From contig DAHWRK010000001.1 of NCBI GenBank assembly GCA_027339055.1, forward strand, positions 6,289 through 70,288: 64,000 nucleotides of DNA. The letters run 5' to 3'. How positions within the stretch are numbered: position 1 is the first letter of the stretch; every line of letters begins with the position of its first letter. Shown one piece after another: positions 46,398 to 57,002 of this stretch. The stretch is from Candidatus Micrarchaeota archaeon. Its GTDB lineage: Archaea; Micrarchaeota; Micrarchaeia; Micrarchaeales; Micrarchaeaceae. Below the pieces are notes generated by a model. That model made no database searches. It was not told the DNA's origin and saw nothing but the letters and a program-made list of their open reading frames with translations. The translations under genes and the position numbers were made by a program.

Positions 46398-47504
46398 TTG
46401 AAAAGAGTAGTTATAGTAGGGGCAGGCATAATTGGCTTGATGATGGCCAAGGAGCTGTCAAGCCGCGGCCTTGAGGCCATAGTTTATGACGGGAAAAAGG
46501 ATGTTTCCGAAGGGTCAGAAAAGGCTTCAGGCATACTGTCAAAGAGAGGCCTTGAGCTCAGCGGCATGGATTATAAGGACAGCATAGTGAATACGCTAAG
46601 AGGGGCAAGGCTTCATTTTGGCAGGCAGACGCTCAAAGTGATAGCCAAAAACGTGCAGGCGTATGTGCTTGACAGGGGGAAGCTTGCCGAGGCCAATCTT
46701 AGGGGTGCGGCAGAGGCAGGAGCAGACATAAGGCTTGGAAGCAGGCTAGATTTAGAAAAGATACGCGATTTTGACGATGGAAATACAGTAATAGTTGGAG
46801 CTGACGGCGCAGTATCTAGCGTTGCAAGGGCTTTTTCATTCCCGCAGATAAAAAGCTTCGTTTTAACGTATAAGGCAGAATACAGGAATGCACGGATAAG
46901 CGACAGAAGCGTTGTTGACCTTTATTTCTCGAAAAGATACGCCCAGGGATTTTTCGGCTGGGTTGCCCCTTATTCCGATTCCGTGGCTGAGCTGGGAATT
47001 GGCATAACGGACAAAATAAAAAAGCACAGCATGATGGCTTTTGACTCTTTCACTGGGGCAGACGAGGTAAAAGAGACCATAGAAGGTGCAGAATTGATTA
47101 AGGGCCATGCAAGCATAATACCAGTTTCAAGAAGGGATAAAACTGCCGAAGGCAATGTTATTTTGGTTGGCGATGCTGCAGGCCAGACCAAAGCAACTAC
47201 TGGAGGCGGCATAATATTCGGGATTGCATGCGCGAAGGTTGCAGCAAGAAGCATTTATCTCAACATTAAAGAAGGAAGGAGGCTTTCGCTTTATGACAGG
47301 GACTGGAGGAAATCTTACGGTGCCGATTTGAGAATGCATGCCGCACTGCACGATTATTATTCTAGGGTAAGCGAAGCGCACATGGAAAGGTTCATAGGCA
47401 TTGCCAAGGCTCTTGGAGCTGAAAGCTTCTTTTCTAAGTACGGAGACATGGACAGCCCTACGCTGATGCTTAAGCGCCTTTTCCTGCGCAAGCTAGTCAA
47501 ATGA
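46398..47504 (+). CDS. geranylgeranyl reductase family FAD oxidoreductase
   Basis: VGAGIIG, GADGAVS, FFGWVAP and GDAAGQTKATTGGGI motifs. Confidence 0.9.
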   Translation: MKRVVIVGAGIIGLMMAKELSSRGLEAIVYDGKKDVSEGSEKASGILSKRGLELSGMDYKDSIVNTLRGARLHFGRQTLKVIAKNVQAYVLDRGKLAEANLRGAAEAGADIRLGSRLDLEKIRDFDDGNTVIVGADGAVSSVARAFSFPQIKSFVLTYKAEYRNARISDRSVVDLYFSKRYAQGFFGWVAPYSDSVAELGIGITDKIKKHSMMAFDSFTGADEVKETIEGAELIKGHASIIPVSRRDKTAEGNVILVGDAAGQTKATTGGGIIFGIACAKVAARSIYLNIKEGRRLSLYDRDWRKSYGADLRMHAALHDYYSRVSEAHMERFIGIAKALGAESFFSKYGDMDSPTLMLKRLFLRKLVK

Positions 47505-48891
47505 CTGAGAATAAAGAGGCTGCAGCCGAATGCGCAAGATACATCAGCGGCGCAGGATATACACCGAAAACTATTATTATTACGACTGCAGCAAGTATTG
47601 GAAAATATACCGTCTTTGGAACGTGCATTGTCTTGTGGGATCTGCTGGAATAGACATTGCCTATAAGCCTCCCGTAGTAGTATATCGAGAGAAAGCTGTT
47701 TATTATCCCTATAAATGCCAGGGCGATAAGCCCTGAACTTATTGCGCTGGAGAATAGCAGGAACTTGCCGACAAAGCCGATAAGACCGGGTATGCCTGCC
47801 ATTGACAGCATCATTACAGTAAGCGAAAACGCAAGGAAACCGCTTCTCCTGTATAATCCAGAGTAATCGTTTATGGTATCGAGCCCTTCCATAGATAGAA
47901 AACCGGCCAGAACAAAAGCACCTATTATCATGAATGAATGCGCAAATATCTGGAAAAGAGACGCTTCGAGCCCGAAGACCGAGAATGCGGCGAGGCCAAC
48001 CATTATGTATCCGGCCTGTGATATGGATGAATATGCCAGCATGCGCTTCACGTTTGTCTGTGCCATTGCTCCCAGGTTGCCGAAGAACATCGTGAGTATG
48101 GCAAGCACCTCGAATACCAAGGATATTTCCGCCTTTTGGCCGGAAAATACCACGAATGCTATTTCTATCAGGGCTACGAACGCCACTTTCTTGTTTACTC
48201 CTGCCAGAAGCGGGCTTACGCTGTGCGGAGATCCCTGATAAACGTCCGGTATCCAAAGATCAAACGGGAATAGCGCAGCTTCCGTACCTAGCGATGCTAC
48301 AAGCAGCACCAGGGCCAATACCAAGAAATATTGGGAGCCCATATTGCCCGATGCCGCCTGCGAGAGCGACAAGCTAGAATCATACGGGAAGACCAGCGTT
48401 ATGGCGAACGCAAGCACCGCTATGGATATCGCAGCCATGAGAAAAAGTTTTGTAGCGGGCTCGGCGAACTGCTTTCCGCTGAATGCTATCAGAAGTATTG
48501 TAGGGACAGTCATGAGCTCTATGGAAACTATTATTGTAAGTAACGAAGAGGCCATGCCAACGGAAAGTATGCCAACGGAAAGGATGGGGAGCATCGTTCC
48601 GAATTTTGCATATTTTTCATCGAGATGCAGGGCTGCGGCGTTGACTATCAGCAGAGCAAGGGAAAACAGCACAAGGAGGAATGATGAAAACGGATAGACG
48701 TGGTATAGCGAGACAGCATTGAATGAGATTGAAAATGCGGAATAGTATATCCCGAATGCCAGAACCAGAAGCAGCATTATTGTATTGGACAGGAAAGACA
48801 GCTTTTTGTTTTTGTGCATTGCCGTAGCTAGCCCGGATGCTATAAGCCCGACGAAAAGAATTGGTATGGCAAAATTCAAGATTTCAAACAT
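47497..48891 (-). CDS. nuoN: NADH-quinone oxidoreductase subunit N
   Basis: PFDLWIPDVYQG, KRMLAYSSISQAGY and SMAGIP motifs. Confidence 0.92.
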   Translation of the reverse strand: MFEILNFAIPILFVGLIASGLATAMHKNKKLSFLSNTIMLLLVLAFGIYYSAFSISFNAVSLYHVYPFSSFLLVLFSLALLIVNAAALHLDEKYAKFGTMLPILSVGILSVGMASSLLTIIVSIELMTVPTILLIAFSGKQFAEPATKLFLMAAISIAVLAFAITLVFPYDSSLSLSQAASGNMGSQYFLVLALVLLVASLGTEAALFPFDLWIPDVYQGSPHSVSPLLAGVNKKVAFVALIEIAFVVFSGQKAEISLVFEVLAILTMFFGNLGAMAQTNVKRMLAYSSISQAGYIMVGLAAFSVFGLEASLFQIFAHSFMIIGAFVLAGFLSMEGLDTINDYSGLYRRSGFLAFSLTVMMLSMAGIPGLIGFVGKFLLFSSAISSGLIALAFIGIINSFLSIYYYGRLIGNVYSSRSHKTMHVPKTVYFPILAAVVIIIVFGVYPAPLMYLAHSAAASLFSVI

Positions 48892-48900
48892 AAATACCAC

Positions 48901-50319
48901 TCATATGCCGAAAAGCGCAGTCACCAGATAAGGGAATATCCCGAAAATGAATATTGCAGCCATTGCAATGGCGTATGTAAACGCCATCTGCCGAGGCAGC
49001 TTGGCTATGCTCTGTGATGATTCCTTTGTAGAAAGGAATGATTTGTTTACAGCGTAATACATGTAAAAACCGAGCAGCATTATGCTGAATATTGGTATTG
49101 CTCCGTATAGCCCGTAGGTTTTTATTGCGCCTATGAATATAAGGACGTCGGCTACAAATCCAGCCGTCAAAGGTATTCCGGTGGATGCGAAGGTGCCCAC
49201 CAGGAAGGAATATGCAGACCCTACCGAGTCCTTAACTATTCCCTTCAGCATCGTTATGTTCCTGCTGCCGTATGAAATTTCTATGCCGCCGATTACCGCG
49301 AACATCAAAGCCATCACTAGGCCGTGCGCGAGCATCAGGTATAATGCGCCTGCGATGCCGAAAACATTGAGCGATGATATGCCAACCAATATTATCCCGG
49401 ATTCCAGCATGCTGGAATATGCCGCTATCCTTTTTAGGTCCTTCTGCCTCATCACCACGAAAGCGGCGTAGAACGAGGATATTGCCCCTATCACAAATGC
49501 ATATTTGGCAAACTCCGAAGAGAAGGCAAAAACCGTGAAAAGCAGCAGCATCCCGTAGGCCCCGAATTTTGACAGCACTCCGGATATAAGCATTGAGCCC
49601 TGTGTCGGCGCTTCGGAATACGCATTTGCAATCCATGAATGAAACGGAAATATCGGCATTTTTACCATGAATGCTATGAAGAATAGCGTGAATATCATGC
49701 CCTGTATATCCGCAGGTATTTCGAAGCTGTGGGACGCTATGTAACCTATGTCGAACGAATGCACTGGAGTGTAAAAATATATCAGCATTATACCGAAAAG
49801 CAGAACGGCGCTGGCAAATATGGAATATATTAGGAAGGTGTTCGCCGCATGCTTGTTCTCGCCTTTTCCGAAAGCGCTTATCAGGAAGTATGATGCCACT
49901 ACACCGACGTCCCAGAATATGTAGAAAAGGAACAGGTTGGCCGAGACGAACAGCCCTATGGCCGAGAATTCAAAAAGCAATATTAGAGGATAAAGATTCC
50001 TGTTGTCCTCGAATTTGGTTGAAACGGCGACCGATGCTGCGAAGGAGACTATCGAAGCAAGCAGCACAAGCACCACTCCAAATTGCGTTATGGTAAATGA
50101 GAGGTATATTCCAAACTGCCCTATGTACGGAAGCGATTCCGTACTCCCTAGAAATCCTGGCGAAGTAAGAGCTCCTAGTACCATATATGAAGCAATCAGA
50201 AGCGCCACTGCACTGAAAAGTATTGCCGTGAGCTTTGATCTCGAATAGCTTCCAGCCAGGGCTGCCACAAGTCCCCCTATGCCGAGGATGGCAAGCATCA
50301 AGAAAATTATTGGAAGCAC
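48901..50319 (-). CDS. nuoM: NADH-quinone oxidoreductase subunit M
   Basis: VKMPIFPFHSW, EAPT and DLKRIAAYSS motifs. Confidence 0.92.
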   Translation of the reverse strand: MLPIIFLMLAILGIGGLVAALAGSYSRSKLTAILFSAVALLIASYMVLGALTSPGFLGSTESLPYIGQFGIYLSFTITQFGVVLVLLASIVSFAASVAVSTKFEDNRNLYPLILLFEFSAIGLFVSANLFLFYIFWDVGVVASYFLISAFGKGENKHAANTFLIYSIFASAVLLFGIMLIYFYTPVHSFDIGYIASHSFEIPADIQGMIFTLFFIAFMVKMPIFPFHSWIANAYSEAPTQGSMLISGVLSKFGAYGMLLLFTVFAFSSEFAKYAFVIGAISSFYAAFVVMRQKDLKRIAAYSSMLESGIILVGISSLNVFGIAGALYLMLAHGLVMALMFAVIGGIEISYGSRNITMLKGIVKDSVGSAYSFLVGTFASTGIPLTAGFVADVLIFIGAIKTYGLYGAIPIFSIMLLGFYMYYAVNKSFLSTKESSQSIAKLPRQMAFTYAIAMAAIFIFGIFPYLVTALFGI

Positions 50320-50321
50320 AG

Positions 50322-52088
50322 TTACACCAGCAGAAGCAATATTATGAGTATTATGCCAGCCACGAAGGCTATCAGATAATTGTTTGTATCTCCTGTTACT
50401 ATCAGTCTTAGCTTATTTGATATTGCTACAATTCCTTCGCCTCCGGAGGCGAAGAATCCGTATATGAGCTCATCGAGCACGTTAATGCCCTCTGCAAAAT
50501 ACATTATCGCATTGGCAATGTATGAGTATGCTGCATTTACCAGCACGCTGTTGAAAAGGGCGTAATACAAGCGCGTTTTTATTGCCCCAGTAGGTTTTGC
50601 AAGGACGAAAAGCTTGTAAGATAAGGCTATTCCCAATGCTACGGCTACCGTTTCGATTATCGAATCCAGCAGGCTTAACGGAAGACTTGCGCTGTACCCG
50701 TAATAGGAAAGAAAACCGCTTATGTAGAAGAAAACAACAGCAGCAAGTATTACAAGCGCAGATGTTATCGCACCAGCGCATATCATGCTGCGTGGTATCT
50801 GCGCGTAATTGCTTTGATGAGCCTTTGAATTCTTGCGCGAGTGTATGAACATCCACCTGAATATGTAGGCGCTTGTTGCAAAGTCTATTATTACCAGTAT
50901 TGCGTACGCGAAAATGTTCGAAGAAGCCGCAGTATCTATGGCTGCCTTCCCGAAGAATCCGCTTAGAGGAAATATGCCAGCTATGGAAACCACGCCTATC
51001 AGCATAGGCACATAAAGCGACTTCCTTCTTGATGAGCCATACAGCTTGTATATGTCTTCCTCTTCGTTGTTCGCCCTCATTATTGAGCCCGCAGACATGA
51101 AGAGTACGGCTTTGTAAAACGCCTGCACTATGAAGAACAGCACCGCTGCAATTATGGCATGAAGGCCTATGGCTACGAACATCAGGCCGAGATCTTCTAT
51201 TGTGGAATATGCGAGTATTTTCTTTATGTGGTGGGACGATATGGCGTTTGAGGCGCCTAGGACCACAGATATCATGCCTATTGAAAGTATCAGTTCCGAC
51301 AGGCCGGCCTTAAAGAAAAGAGGGGAGAGCACAAGAACCAGAAATACCCCTGCTTTTACCATTGTTGACGAATGGAGAAAAGCAGAAACAGGAGTCGGGC
51401 CTTCCATGGCGTCGGCAAGCCATTCGTGAAAAGGGAACTGGGCGGATTTGGTAAAGCACGCTATGAGAACGAGAAGCATTGCTATGGGCAGATACACCGT
51501 AGAATGGGCTGCGAGTATTGCGGAAAAGCTGAACGTGTGGTAGGACGACCATATAATAAGCATTGCCGCCAGCATGGAGAAGTCGCCGATTATTATGGTC
51601 GATATAGATTTTCTTGCAGCGTATGGTGCATGCTCCTTGTGGTACCAGAAGCCTATGAGCAGATAACTCGTTATCCCAAGCATCTCCCACGCTATGAACA
51701 TAGTTATGAAGTTGCCTGATATTGCAAAAAGCAGCATAGCAGAGGCAAAGATCCCCATTTCGAAAAAGAATCTGGGCCGTTCCATCTTTGAGTCAATATA
51801 GCCCATTGAATACAGCAGTATCAGAGGAGTTATGATTCCGATAAGCATTACAAGTATGATGTTAAGCGGGAGCAGCTGCGTAGTTATATGGAAAGTATAT
51901 CCAGATATGCCGAACCAGCCGAGCTCTTGGATTTTGCCGTAAGAGCTAAAGGACGCATATGCTATCAGCAGGGATGTTATCAGGCTTCCCGCAAGCACTA
52001 TCGGGCCGGTGTATTTTTCCTTGCCATAGGTAAGCAGGGCCAGGAACGATGCGGCCAGAAGCGGGAATATAACCAACAACGTAAGCAT
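50322..52088 (-). CDS. nuoL: NADH-quinone oxidoreductase subunit L
   Basis: KSAQFPFHEWLADAMEGPTPVSAFLHSSTMVKAG signature. Confidence 0.94.
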   Translation of the reverse strand: MLTLLVIFPLLAASFLALLTYGKEKYTGPIVLAGSLITSLLIAYASFSSYGKIQELGWFGISGYTFHITTQLLPLNIILVMLIGIITPLILLYSMGYIDSKMERPRFFFEMGIFASAMLLFAISGNFITMFIAWEMLGITSYLLIGFWYHKEHAPYAARKSISTIIIGDFSMLAAMLIIWSSYHTFSFSAILAAHSTVYLPIAMLLVLIACFTKSAQFPFHEWLADAMEGPTPVSAFLHSSTMVKAGVFLVLVLSPLFFKAGLSELILSIGMISVVLGASNAISSHHIKKILAYSTIEDLGLMFVAIGLHAIIAAVLFFIVQAFYKAVLFMSAGSIMRANNEEEDIYKLYGSSRRKSLYVPMLIGVVSIAGIFPLSGFFGKAAIDTAASSNIFAYAILVIIDFATSAYIFRWMFIHSRKNSKAHQSNYAQIPRSMICAGAITSALVILAAVVFFYISGFLSYYGYSASLPLSLLDSIIETVAVALGIALSYKLFVLAKPTGAIKTRLYYALFNSVLVNAAYSYIANAIMYFAEGINVLDELIYGFFASGGEGIVAISNKLRLIVTGDTNNYLIAFVAGIILIILLLLV

Positions 52089-52089
52089 T

Positions 52090-52389
52090 TCAATCCCTTA
52101 GTTTTGAAAGCGATTTTATGTCAAGGCTCGCCTTGCTGCCTGCCAGATATCTGTAGAACACTATGACCATTATTACTTCAGCTGCTGCTATTGACCATAT
52201 GGTGAATAGAAGGGGAACTATGCTGCCGTTGACATTGAAGTTGAAGAACACTACTGCCATGAAAGATGCAGACAGCATTATCACTTCCGTAGAAAGCAGC
52301 ATTATAATCACGTTCCTGCTCGAAACTATTCCAGCTACTCCCAGAACGAACACGGCGAAACCAAGAAATATGAATGCTTGCTCAATCAT
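52090..52389 (-). CDS. nuoK: NADH-quinone oxidoreductase subunit K
   Basis: RNVIIMLLSTEVIM and IAAAEV motifs. Confidence 0.92.
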   Translation of the reverse strand: MIEQAFIFLGFAVFVLGVAGIVSSRNVIIMLLSTEVIMLSASFMAVVFFNFNVNGSIVPLLFTIWSIAAAEVIMVIVFYRYLAGSKASLDIKSLSKLRD

Positions 52390-52871
52390 TTAGATCGCCC
52401 GAGAGATTTTACAAGAATTATTGAACCTATGGCTATGCCAAACAGCATTGCCGTTATCAAATAGAAAAGCCCCATGTACGATGATATCCCGGTTTTTACC
52501 TGCAGAGCCGTAAACTGGTTGTACTGCATTACGGTATTTTTCATTCCGAATACGGGATAGGATATAGCTGCCAGCAGTATTATGAACACAGCTATGAAAG
52601 CGAGCCTGTTTGTATGGGGGAATTTCGAGAAGCTTGCAGAAGCGACACCGACAATGGCATACGTTGATATTCCTCCGACGAATATGAAGAGCTGTATTAT
52701 GGCGAGGAAAGGCTGCTGTAGGGCCAGAAAGAGGGCGGAATTGGCTACGAAGGCAAGAGTCAGGCTTATTACCGAATGAAGAAGGCTCTTCGATATGAAT
52801 ATGAACGCTATCGCTGCCAGTTCAAGCACTGCAATTATTGCAACTATTGCCAACAGCAAAATTCCGTACAT
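52386..52871 (-). CDS. nuoJ: NADH-quinone oxidoreductase subunit J
   Basis: FLAIIQLFIFVGGI motif and operon position. Confidence 0.88.
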   Translation of the reverse strand: MYGILLLAIVAIIAVLELAAIAFIFISKSLLHSVISLTLAFVANSALFLALQQPFLAIIQLFIFVGGISTYAIVGVASASFSKFPHTNRLAFIAVFIILLAAISYPVFGMKNTVMQYNQFTALQVKTGISSYMGLFYLITAMLFGIAIGSIILVKSLGRSK

Positions 52872-52879
52872 TCAAAACC

Positions 52880-53245
52880 TCATTGCAGGTCTTCAGGACG
52901 CTTGACGTATTCCCTCCTGTCATATGCTTCATAATCGTAGTCCTTGGTAAGTATCAGGCATTGTGGGGGGCACACCTCCTCGCACAGAGCGCAGAAAAGG
53001 CAGCGCTCGAGATTTATCTGTGGCATCTTTTTTGTTCCTTTGTCCGTTTCGGTATCGACCATGTCTATGGTCTGGTTCGGGCATATCCTTGCGCATGCGG
53101 CGCAGCTTATGCACGTTTTCATGTCAAGCTTGTGTATGCCCCTGTAGTTGTCTGCAAGGTCCTCCCTTACCTCAGGATATTCGAGCGTAGAGGGCTTCTT
53201 TAGCATTTCTTTGCCTACCTCATATATTCCCTTAATTATTGTCAT
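52880..53245 (-). CDS. nuoI: NADH-quinone oxidoreductase subunit I
   Basis: TLEYPE and two ferredoxin motifs CISCAACARICP and CLFCALCEEVCP. The ATG at 53245 overlaps the nuoH stop (ATGA). Confidence 0.94.
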   Translation of the reverse strand: MTIIKGIYEVGKEMLKKPSTLEYPEVREDLADNYRGIHKLDMKTCISCAACARICPNQTIDMVDTETDKGTKKMPQINLERCLFCALCEEVCPPQCLILTKDYDYEAYDRREYVKRPEDLQ

Positions 53246-54288
53246 GCCAACCACACAAATATTATATACGATGCCAAAATGTTTATTACTGCTAGTGGCA
53301 GCAGATAGAGCCAGCCTATCCTGAGCAGCTTGCGTATTGTAAGCCTGACGGTGGTTGCCCTTATTACTATTATGAAAATTGTAAGTATTACCACCTTTAT
53401 CATTGTCCATGCGAACGGAGGCAAAACTGGGCCGTTCCAGCCCCCTAGGAACAGTATTGTAATCAGTAGGGTCCCAACGAACATCCTGGTATAGTCCAGA
53501 AAGAGGGCAAGGCCATAGTATGGGGCGCTTACGTCGGTAAGCCAGCCTGCTATCAGCTCGTTGTCTGCTTCCCTTATGTCAAACGGCGGCCTTTCAAGCT
53601 CTGCCAGCATTATTATAAAAAATAGCACAAAGCCTATCGGAAGCATGATGGCATACCACACATGCGACTGTGATGCTACTATATTCATGAACGAGAATCC
53701 GTGCGCCGCTATTGCAACAGAGGCTACCACGAGAATAAGAGGAACTTCGTAGCTTACTAGCATTATCACAGACCTTTGCGCGCTTATGGATCCGAATTTG
53801 TTTCCGCTGGTCCAGCCTGCCAGGAACAATAGGAGCGGCATAAACGAAAGCACAAGGAAAACAGCTATGAGAGCTATGGACGTATTTATGCCGACGAAAG
53901 TGCTGGTTAGGGGTATGAACGCGAAAGTGAATACGAACAGGGCATACACAACTGGCAGTATCATCCCGAATATTGGCATGTCGGCATTGTTCGGAATTAT
54001 GTTCTCTTTCGAAAGCAGCTTTATGACGTCTGCCATGTTTTGCAGTATGCCGAATGGGCCGGTATATGTTGGGCCGTGCCTGGATTGCATCCTGCCCATT
54101 ATCTTCCTTTCTCCCCAGCCGAACAGGTATACGAAAAGCACTATCAGTATTAAAAGTATTACAGCAAATACAGCGAAAGATATCAGGAAGGAAAGTACAT
54201 TCGCATATATTGCGGGCATGTAGCTATGCAGATATGCGTATATGGCAGAGTAAAGCCCGCCTATAAACCCAGAGCTGACAGCTATCAA
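53242..54288 (-). CDS. nuoH: NADH-quinone oxidoreductase subunit H
   Basis: ERKIMGRMQSRHGP, GILQNMADVIKLLSKE and ERPPFDIREA motifs. Confidence 0.95.
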   Translation of the reverse strand: MIAVSSGFIGGLYSAIYAYLHSYMPAIYANVLSFLISFAVFAVILLILIVLFVYLFGWGERKIMGRMQSRHGPTYTGPFGILQNMADVIKLLSKENIIPNNADMPIFGMILPVVYALFVFTFAFIPLTSTFVGINTSIALIAVFLVLSFMPLLLFLAGWTSGNKFGSISAQRSVIMLVSYEVPLILVVASVAIAAHGFSFMNIVASQSHVWYAIMLPIGFVLFFIIMLAELERPPFDIREADNELIAGWLTDVSAPYYGLALFLDYTRMFVGTLLITILFLGGWNGPVLPPFAWTMIKVVILTIFIIVIRATTVRLTIRKLLRIGWLYLLPLAVINILASYIIFVWLA

Positions 54289-54430
54289 TTGAGCACCGAT
54301 TTATACCTATTGCAAGCTAAAATTTTATAATGGATTTGATTCTTGAATGAAATAGTATTGAATGGTTGAATTTGGGTTTTGCTGCGCTTTTCGCAATTAA
54401 TAAATATGATTTCGGCAAAATCAAAAGGTA

Positions 54431-54703
54431 ATGGGTGTTATATTGGAAGACAAAGTAGCTTCGATAATAAGCAGGGGCAGCATAAGGATCGAAGTAAAGC
54501 GTTCTGGAATGCTGCAGAAGATGCTGTTTACAGTAAAGAGGATAAAAATAGGAGAACATGAATTCGTCGAATTGTACCTGCCAAGGCACCTTGAACTGAA
54601 CGAGCTTCAGCGCGTCGCCGACGAGACAGGATTGCCCGTAGAAGCAGAAAAAATGCGCGCGTTCCCAAAGGGGAAGGGAGCCGTTGACTTCATGGGCCTT
54701 TGA
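54431..54703 (+). CDS. hypothetical protein
   Basis: 90-aa ORF with an AGGT SD and natural composition. Confidence 0.7.
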   Translation: MGVILEDKVASIISRGSIRIEVKRSGMLQKMLFTVKRIKIGEHEFVELYLPRHLELNELQRVADETGLPVEAEKMRAFPKGKGAVDFMGL

Positions 54704-54711
54704 ATCAATTA

Positions 54712-56427
54712 TCAGCCCACGTAGAAGTCCGAGTATGTGAGAGTTCCTGTGCCGCGCAGCTGCTTGCCGGACATTGAATAGCTCATGTTCATGAAATATG
54801 TGGACACTGTGCTGGATATTGGTATTGACGGGAGCTTGCATGAAAATGATGCATTTATGCTCTGGCCGGCAGCCAAGGTCTCGTTTATGGACGTTGTTGC
54901 GTTTACAGGCAGGTAGGAACTGCAGCCTATCTTTTCTATATTTATCGGGCTGCTGAACCCGTTGCTTATCTTTATCCTGTACTTGCTGGATGTGGAATTA
55001 AAGCTTTCGTACCTGCACCCTATCGAAGAGTTGGCGAAGCTGCACGTATTGTTGTCCAGAGGCTCCCATGTCGAATACTGATTTGTAACATTTAGCTTTG
55101 TGAAAAGCGATGCTGCATTGAAAAGGGCATCCTCGCTGTAGTTTAGATCAACGAACGAGTAAAGCTGCAGCGTGTAATTCTTTGATATCGATATCGAATC
55201 CGAAAGCGAATAGTTCTGGAGCTGTAGCGCTGATGACTTGAAGTATTCTGTGCACATGCTTAGGCCGGTGCTGTTGTTGACATATATGTAGCCAGGGCAC
55301 ACCCTATGGTATGTTGAAATGTTTATGGCATGGTGGAATCCCATGATGCTGGCAAAGTTACCCGCTGCCCCGTCTTCGGAAAGCGTATATATTGAATAAT
55401 TCTTGCCTATGAGGCTTATTGCAAAACCTTCGCTTGTCGAATTTCTGTAAGTGAAGTTCGCGTCCTTCGCATATTCTGAGCTATGCGACGATGTCGCATT
55501 TGAGAGCAGCGCGTATTCCGTATCGTCATACTTGCTGCCAAGCATATGCTCGCAATTGCCGCCCGCGGTGGCGTTGTAGTATATGAATATCTTTGTCCAG
55601 CCCTTGCTTGAATAGCTGCAGAAGCTGGTAGTATAGTTCAGCTTTGCGAAAATGGCAGACGAATTCCCCTTTTGGAAGCTGTGCTCCGGGAACGAATACG
55701 TAGACAGAAGCGACTTTATGTCCGCATTGCTTATCGCGCCTTCAAGCCATAGCCCGTATACGGTTGTTCCGTTGGAATACTTTGAATAAACCCCATTGCC
55801 TAGATTCAACAGCGGAGAAAGATCGTGCATTATGCTGAACGATAGCCCAGTATCCTGGCCAAGCAGCGGCTTGAACTGGCTCACATTGTACTCTATGTCC
55901 ATTAGAGACGATAGCTCCATGCCCCTCGGGAAGAGCGTAAACGTGTAAGTCTCGTTAGTGTTCTGCGATGGTATGTACTGGTAAAGGTTGGGCTGCTGGG
56001 GGTTTCGTACGTTTATTGCGAGCTGTGCCGATGATGTCGATGAGTTCGCGATGTCGAGGATGCGGCTCGGATCGGCTACTACAGAAAAATTGTATGTACC
56101 ATTTTGGGAATAGGTATAGTTTTCCTTTATATAGGCGCTTTCGTGGGCCGGTATCGAAACGTTGTAGTATTTTATAGCCTGATCGTCCAGATAGAAGCCA
56201 ACCTGCATTCCGCGAACTGGAGCAGAGCCCGTGTTGCTTATGGTTATGTTAAAATAGGTAGTGTTGAACAGGTAGGTAGCATTCGGATTGTAGTTAGGGG
56301 CATTCATTGAAACGTCAAGTTTATACGGGCCAGACGGTTGGAACGATACCACTATCGCTATGAAAACCGCTATGACTACAACTATCGCTATTCCTCCATA
56401 TAGAAGTATGCTCTTATCTGACGACAT
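54712..56427 (-). CDS. membrane-anchored surface protein with a CARDB/Ig-like domain
   Basis: N-terminal TM helix, ITISNTGSAP...YNFSVVADP and numerous sequons. Confidence 0.8.
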   Translation of the reverse strand: MSSDKSILLYGGIAIVVVIAVFIAIVVSFQPSGPYKLDVSMNAPNYNPNATYLFNTTYFNITISNTGSAPVRGMQVGFYLDDQAIKYYNVSIPAHESAYIKENYTYSQNGTYNFSVVADPSRILDIANSSTSSAQLAINVRNPQQPNLYQYIPSQNTNETYTFTLFPRGMELSSLMDIEYNVSQFKPLLGQDTGLSFSIMHDLSPLLNLGNGVYSKYSNGTTVYGLWLEGAISNADIKSLLSTYSFPEHSFQKGNSSAIFAKLNYTTSFCSYSSKGWTKIFIYYNATAGGNCEHMLGSKYDDTEYALLSNATSSHSSEYAKDANFTYRNSTSEGFAISLIGKNYSIYTLSEDGAAGNFASIMGFHHAINISTYHRVCPGYIYVNNSTGLSMCTEYFKSSALQLQNYSLSDSISISKNYTLQLYSFVDLNYSEDALFNAASLFTKLNVTNQYSTWEPLDNNTCSFANSSIGCRYESFNSTSSKYRIKISNGFSSPINIEKIGCSSYLPVNATTSINETLAAGQSINASFSCKLPSIPISSTVSTYFMNMSYSMSGKQLRGTGTLTYSDFYVG

Positions 56428-56443
56428 ATTATCACTTATTTGC

Positions 56444-56905
56444 TCAGCGTTTTTTAATTTCCCTTATAACAGAGGCTATCTTTTCGCGTATCGGAGATAT
56501 TTCGGATTCGAAATAGCCGCGTATCCATGCGCTTTCGTCATATTTCTCCCCATCTTCCGGAAAAAGCATGGAATACCTGCCCTTCGAATGCACTATTATG
56601 TTGCTGGTCTTCAGCTGCAGAAGGTGGTAGCGCAGGGTCTTTTCGTTTATGGGCTGCCAGGACTTTGATATGTATTCCGAAAGCTCCTCAACGTTTGGAT
56701 CCTGCTTTTTTTGGAACTGGAAATAGAGCATGGCATCCAGCACATATATTGCGCTAAGCCTGGTCTCGCCCGGATTTATTATGCCGAGCGACAGGGCAAG
56801 CCACCTTACCATTGACCTTCTGGTCTCTGTGACCTCCTTGGTAACCAGAAGATTCCTTAGCTTTACCTCCGCCTGTATAAGCTTTGCTTCGTTTATGGCT
56901 GGCAT
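56444..56905 (-). CDS. winged-helix-like hypothetical protein
   Basis: VRWLALSLG and INEKTLRYHLLQLKTSNIIVHSKGRY. Confidence 0.72.
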   Translation of the reverse strand: MPAINEAKLIQAEVKLRNLLVTKEVTETRRSMVRWLALSLGIINPGETRLSAIYVLDAMLYFQFQKKQDPNVEELSEYISKSWQPINEKTLRYHLLQLKTSNIIVHSKGRYSMLFPEDGEKYDESAWIRGYFESEISPIREKIASVIREIKKR

Positions 56906-57002
56906 GTGGATCTCTTTGCGGGTTTGACGCTTCTGTGATATTATTTTGTTAAAGATATAAAATACTTAAGCCGCATAAGTGTTATCAGATTGTGGTGTTT
57001 TC

